A DNA stretch of 58,810 nucleotides, taken from assembly GCA_023382175.1 (NCBI GenBank), contig JAMCQB010000153.1, forward strand, positions 1,713-60,522, read 5' to 3'. The notes under the pieces are model-generated. The model worked only from the letters and a program-made list of their open reading frames with translations. It was not told where the DNA came from and did no database searches. Each line of letters opens with the position of its first letter. The stretch's first letter is position 1. Source of the DNA: Nitrospirota bacterium (GTDB lineage: Bacteria; Nitrospirota; Thermodesulfovibrionia; Thermodesulfovibrionales; UBA9159). Both the position numbers and the translations under genes were made by a program. Below are positions 56,324 to 58,810 of the stretch, in pieces.

Positions 56324-56396
56324 GCTCCTCTTTCATACTGTCGCGAATATCCGGCCGCAACAATAAGTCCTCAAGCTGGAAGGCATACAGTTTTCT

Positions 56397-57275
56397 ATGG
56401 ATTTGCTTCTTAAGGGAATAGCAAAGGAAGAAGGGCTGCTGGTTGTCAGCCTCGTCAGTACCGAGACCGTGGAGAAGGCCCGCTTGATCCACGATACCTA
56501 TCCCACTGCCACTGCAGCCTTTGGCAGGGTGCTGGGCGGGGCTCTCCTCCTTTCTTCTCTTCTCAAGGAAGGTCAGAAGGTAATCCTCCAGGTGTCCGGT
56601 GACGGACCTCTCAAGGAAATGGTTGCCGAGGCTGACTGGCTCTGCAGGGTGAGGGGTTACGTGAAGAGACCCCACATCCATCTTGAACTGAAGGATGAAA
56701 AGCTGGACGTGGGAAGGGCCGTGGGAAAGGGGATCATGCACGTGATAAAGGACCTGGGGCTCAGGGAATACTACCGTGGAAGTGTCCCCTTGCAGACAGG
56801 GGAGATTGCCACGGACCTTGCTTATTACCTAACCGCTTCCGAGCAGATACCCGCTGCAGTATCCCTGGGAGTCTTTGTGGATACCGACAATGCGGTAAAG
56901 GCAAGCGGAGGGTTCATGATCCATGTCCTTCCCGGTGCGACAGACGAGACGCTGCGGTATCTGAAGGAACGCTTGAAGAAGTTTCCGCCGGTCAGTTCCA
57001 TGATCAGGGAAGGTTGCGGGCCGGAGGAGATCATGGAAAAGGCCATGGGGCTCCCCGTGGAGGTTCTGGAAAGGAAGGAAGTTCACTATTACTGCCCGTG
57101 CAGCAGGGACAGGGTTCTCGACACATTGGTCGCTCTTGGTGAAAAGGATATGAATGAGCTTGCCGAAAAGGACGAAAGGGTTAATGTCCAGTGCCGGTTC
57201 TGCATGAAGGAGTATTCTGTTTCACGGGAGGAACTCCTCTCGCTGCTGAAGGCTATGAAGAACAGCAGCGGGTAG
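56397..57275 (+). CDS. hslO: Hsp33 redox-regulated chaperone
   Basis: A...H...PTATAA.GR, GDGPL, SEQIP, GGF, Zn motif CPCS...CRFC. Confidence 0.95.
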   Translation: MDLLLKGIAKEEGLLVVSLVSTETVEKARLIHDTYPTATAAFGRVLGGALLLSSLLKEGQKVILQVSGDGPLKEMVAEADWLCRVRGYVKRPHIHLELKDEKLDVGRAVGKGIMHVIKDLGLREYYRGSVPLQTGEIATDLAYYLTASEQIPAAVSLGVFVDTDNAVKASGGFMIHVLPGATDETLRYLKERLKKFPPVSSMIREGCGPEEIMEKAMGLPVEVLERKEVHYYCPCSRDRVLDTLVALGEKDMNELAEKDERVNVQCRFCMKEYSVSREELLSLLKAMKNSSG

Positions 57276-57346
57276 AGGATCGCTATCTCCAGTTGCGAAG
57301 AATGCTTGATACTTTATCATAAATTAATGTATAGTTACACTTAACG

Positions 57347-57955
57347 ATGGAGATAAGTAGCGGAAACAGGTCCTGCGGCTTTACTTCATCTGTCGAAGCA
57401 TCCCACCTCATAAATAGATATGGAAATGGTGCACCCTGGGTAAAGCATTGCTCGGCTGTTTCTCGAGTTGCGTCATGCCTGTCCGACATCTTTGCAGCGA
57501 AATATGCCATTAACATTGAATTCATTCGAACTGCTTCTCTACTTCATGACATAGGCAGATATAAGACCCAGGACCCCATATTGCATGGGATCGAAGGCTA
57601 TAGACTTCTCATCAGCCTGGGCTATGTGGATGAGGCCTTTGTTTGCGCCTCACATGTTCTCTATGGTCTAAGTAGCGCCGAGGCATCAAGGTATGGGTTG
57701 CCGGAACAAGACTTTATTCCAATCTCTTTTGAAGAGAAGCTTATTCCTTTAATTGACTTCCTGGTGGAGCATGATCGAGCCGTATCGTTGGATAAGAGAT
57801 TTGAATCATTGAGGCTGAGAAACAGCGCGAATAAAGATTTCTTGATGAAACTGGAAAAGGCAGAAGTAAAAGCGAGGACATTTATGCACCGGTTGAACAG
57901 TGAATTTAATATTTCAATGGAGGAACTTGCGGCAAGAATCCTCCAAAAGGAATGA
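57347..57955 (+). CDS. HD-domain (HDIG) metal-dependent phosphohydrolase
   Basis: HC.AV..VA, LLHDIGR, HG.EG...L, EEKL...D. AT-richer than its neighbours. Confidence 0.85.
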   Translation: MEISSGNRSCGFTSSVEASHLINRYGNGAPWVKHCSAVSRVASCLSDIFAAKYAINIEFIRTASLLHDIGRYKTQDPILHGIEGYRLLISLGYVDEAFVCASHVLYGLSSAEASRYGLPEQDFIPISFEEKLIPLIDFLVEHDRAVSLDKRFESLRLRNSANKDFLMKLEKAEVKARTFMHRLNSEFNISMEELAARILQKE

Positions 57956-57992
57956 TTGATCAATACCGCCTTGATCGATAGTAAAGGTAGTG

Positions 57993-58120
57993 GAGCTTGT
58001 CTAAAAACTATTTCAATATAAAGTCGTCATTCTCGCGAAAGCGGGAATCCAGTATTTTAAATGTTCTGGATTGCCCGATCAAGTCGGGCAATGACAAAAT
58101 CTGAGTTTTTAGACAGACTC
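57993..58120. repeat. Nested REP/MITE-like palindromic element
   Basis: Outer perfect IR TGTCTAAAAACT (57998-58009)/AGTTTTTAGACA (58104-58115). Inner GTCATTCTCGCGAAAGCGGGAATCCAG ... CTGGATTGCCCGATCAAGTCGGGCAATGAC. Confidence 0.8.
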
Positions 58121-58128
58121 AGTGTGCT

Positions 58129-58581
58129 ATGGTGAATATTACGATTCGGGAGGCAAACGTAGAGGACTTGCCGAGTATTCTTTCTCTTCATGCACAACTC
58201 GATGAGGGAGATGTCCTGCCGGTTAAAGAGGCGCGAACGATCTTCGGTGGAATCAAAAGATATCCCGACTATCGGATTTATGTCGCTACAATTGATAAAG
58301 AGATCATCGGAACATTTGCATTGCTCATTATGGATAATCTTGCTCACATGGGCGCCCCTTCAGGAATCATTGAAGACGTGGTAGTGCATCAAGATTGGCA
58401 GAGAAAAGGAATCGGAAAACAGATGATGAAGTTTGCAATGGACTATTGCAGGGCAAAAGGCTGTTATAAGGTTGCTTTGTCCAGTAATCAGAGGCGAGAC
58501 GAGGCTCACCGTTTTTATGAGTCCCTCGGTTTTCAAAGGCACGGATATAGCTTTGTTGTGGAACTCAACAAGGATGGATGA
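58129..58581 (+). CDS. GNAT family N-acetyltransferase
   Basis: IEDVVV...QRKGIG..M, GCYK..LSSN..R..AH.FY..LGF. Confidence 0.93.
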   Translation: MVNITIREANVEDLPSILSLHAQLDEGDVLPVKEARTIFGGIKRYPDYRIYVATIDKEIIGTFALLIMDNLAHMGAPSGIIEDVVVHQDWQRKGIGKQMMKFAMDYCRAKGCYKVALSSNQRRDEAHRFYESLGFQRHGYSFVVELNKDG

Positions 58582-58720
58582 GGCGCTATTTTGAAAGTGT
58601 GCGATACGATGATAAAGTATACGGCTTTACTAAAAACCTACAAGAAGAACGGAGAATATTTTTTTGGAAAGTTTTGATAATCAGGTGGACTTTTTCTCTC
58701 TCGTCAGACAAAATGCGATT

Positions 58721-58810
58721 TTAGAGAGCATTCTTGACTGTATCTTTGACGACCTGCTGATTATAGACAAGAAAGGCTTTATCATTCACATCAGCCGGAA
58801 CACCAGCGAT
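58721..58810 (-). CDS. C-terminal fragment of an unidentified CDS running off the window
   Basis: Open frame IAGVPADVNDKAFLVYNQQVVKDTVKNAL* from the window end. Confidence 0.45.
   Translation of the reverse strand: MAGVPADVNDKAFLVYNQQVVKDTVKNAL

Noticed and set aside
1-58810. Remaining 60-275 aa ORFs antisense to or overlapping the called genes; CRISPR arrays; rRNA; transposases
   Set aside because: The overlapping ORFs show no recognisable motifs and are explained as shadows. No repeat-spacer array, rRNA or transposase/integrase motif was seen by eye.

Overview
A 58.8-kb bacterial chromosomal window from an anaerobic respirer. Gene content and repeat style suggest Nitrospirota (Thermodesulfovibrionia-like) or a deltaproteobacterial lineage; this is inference. 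Left to right: (1) 3' part of a periplasmic nitrate reductase operon, napA(partial)GHBD. (2) An accessory arsenic-respiration region: an orphan heme-motif/CW-domain histidine kinase, an internally deleted arsC, and a tandem two-domain ArrX-like sensor with ArrS/ArrR. These precede a sigma54 promoter with paired enhancer palindromes, then arrA-arrB-arrD, a polyferredoxin and Mo-homeostasis genes (FmdE, ModE plus operator, MoeA-like). (3) Housekeeping and envelope genes (nfu, amiC, ecfT, D-aminoacylase, peptidase C26, AI-2E, family-5 SBP). (4) A minus-strand C1/redox cluster: fhs, a stand-alone cNMP-binding protein, a selenocysteine formate dehydrogenase (TGA plus SECIS; split in the ORF track), and two NuoE/NuoF (HydBC-like) modules. 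One module is NAD-type; the other is predicted NADP-type, fused to CBS domains and frameshifted by an exact 112-bp tandem duplication. (5) A cyclic-nucleotide signalling block (CHASE2 adenylate cyclase, FecR-polyPro, TPR/beta-barrel, class II PDE, GAF-HD-GYP, PilZ). (6) A probable CC-adding enzyme, tRNA-Ser(GGA), SRP RNA, dnaX-ybaB-recR-ychF-hslO, and HD and GNAT genes. Several families of short palindromic or heptamer repeats occur, some in frame inside proteins. Three microhomology-type lesions could be real rearrangements or amplification/assembly artefacts. No CRISPR array, transposase or integrase was seen. All calls come from motif recognition by eye; no database searches were run.
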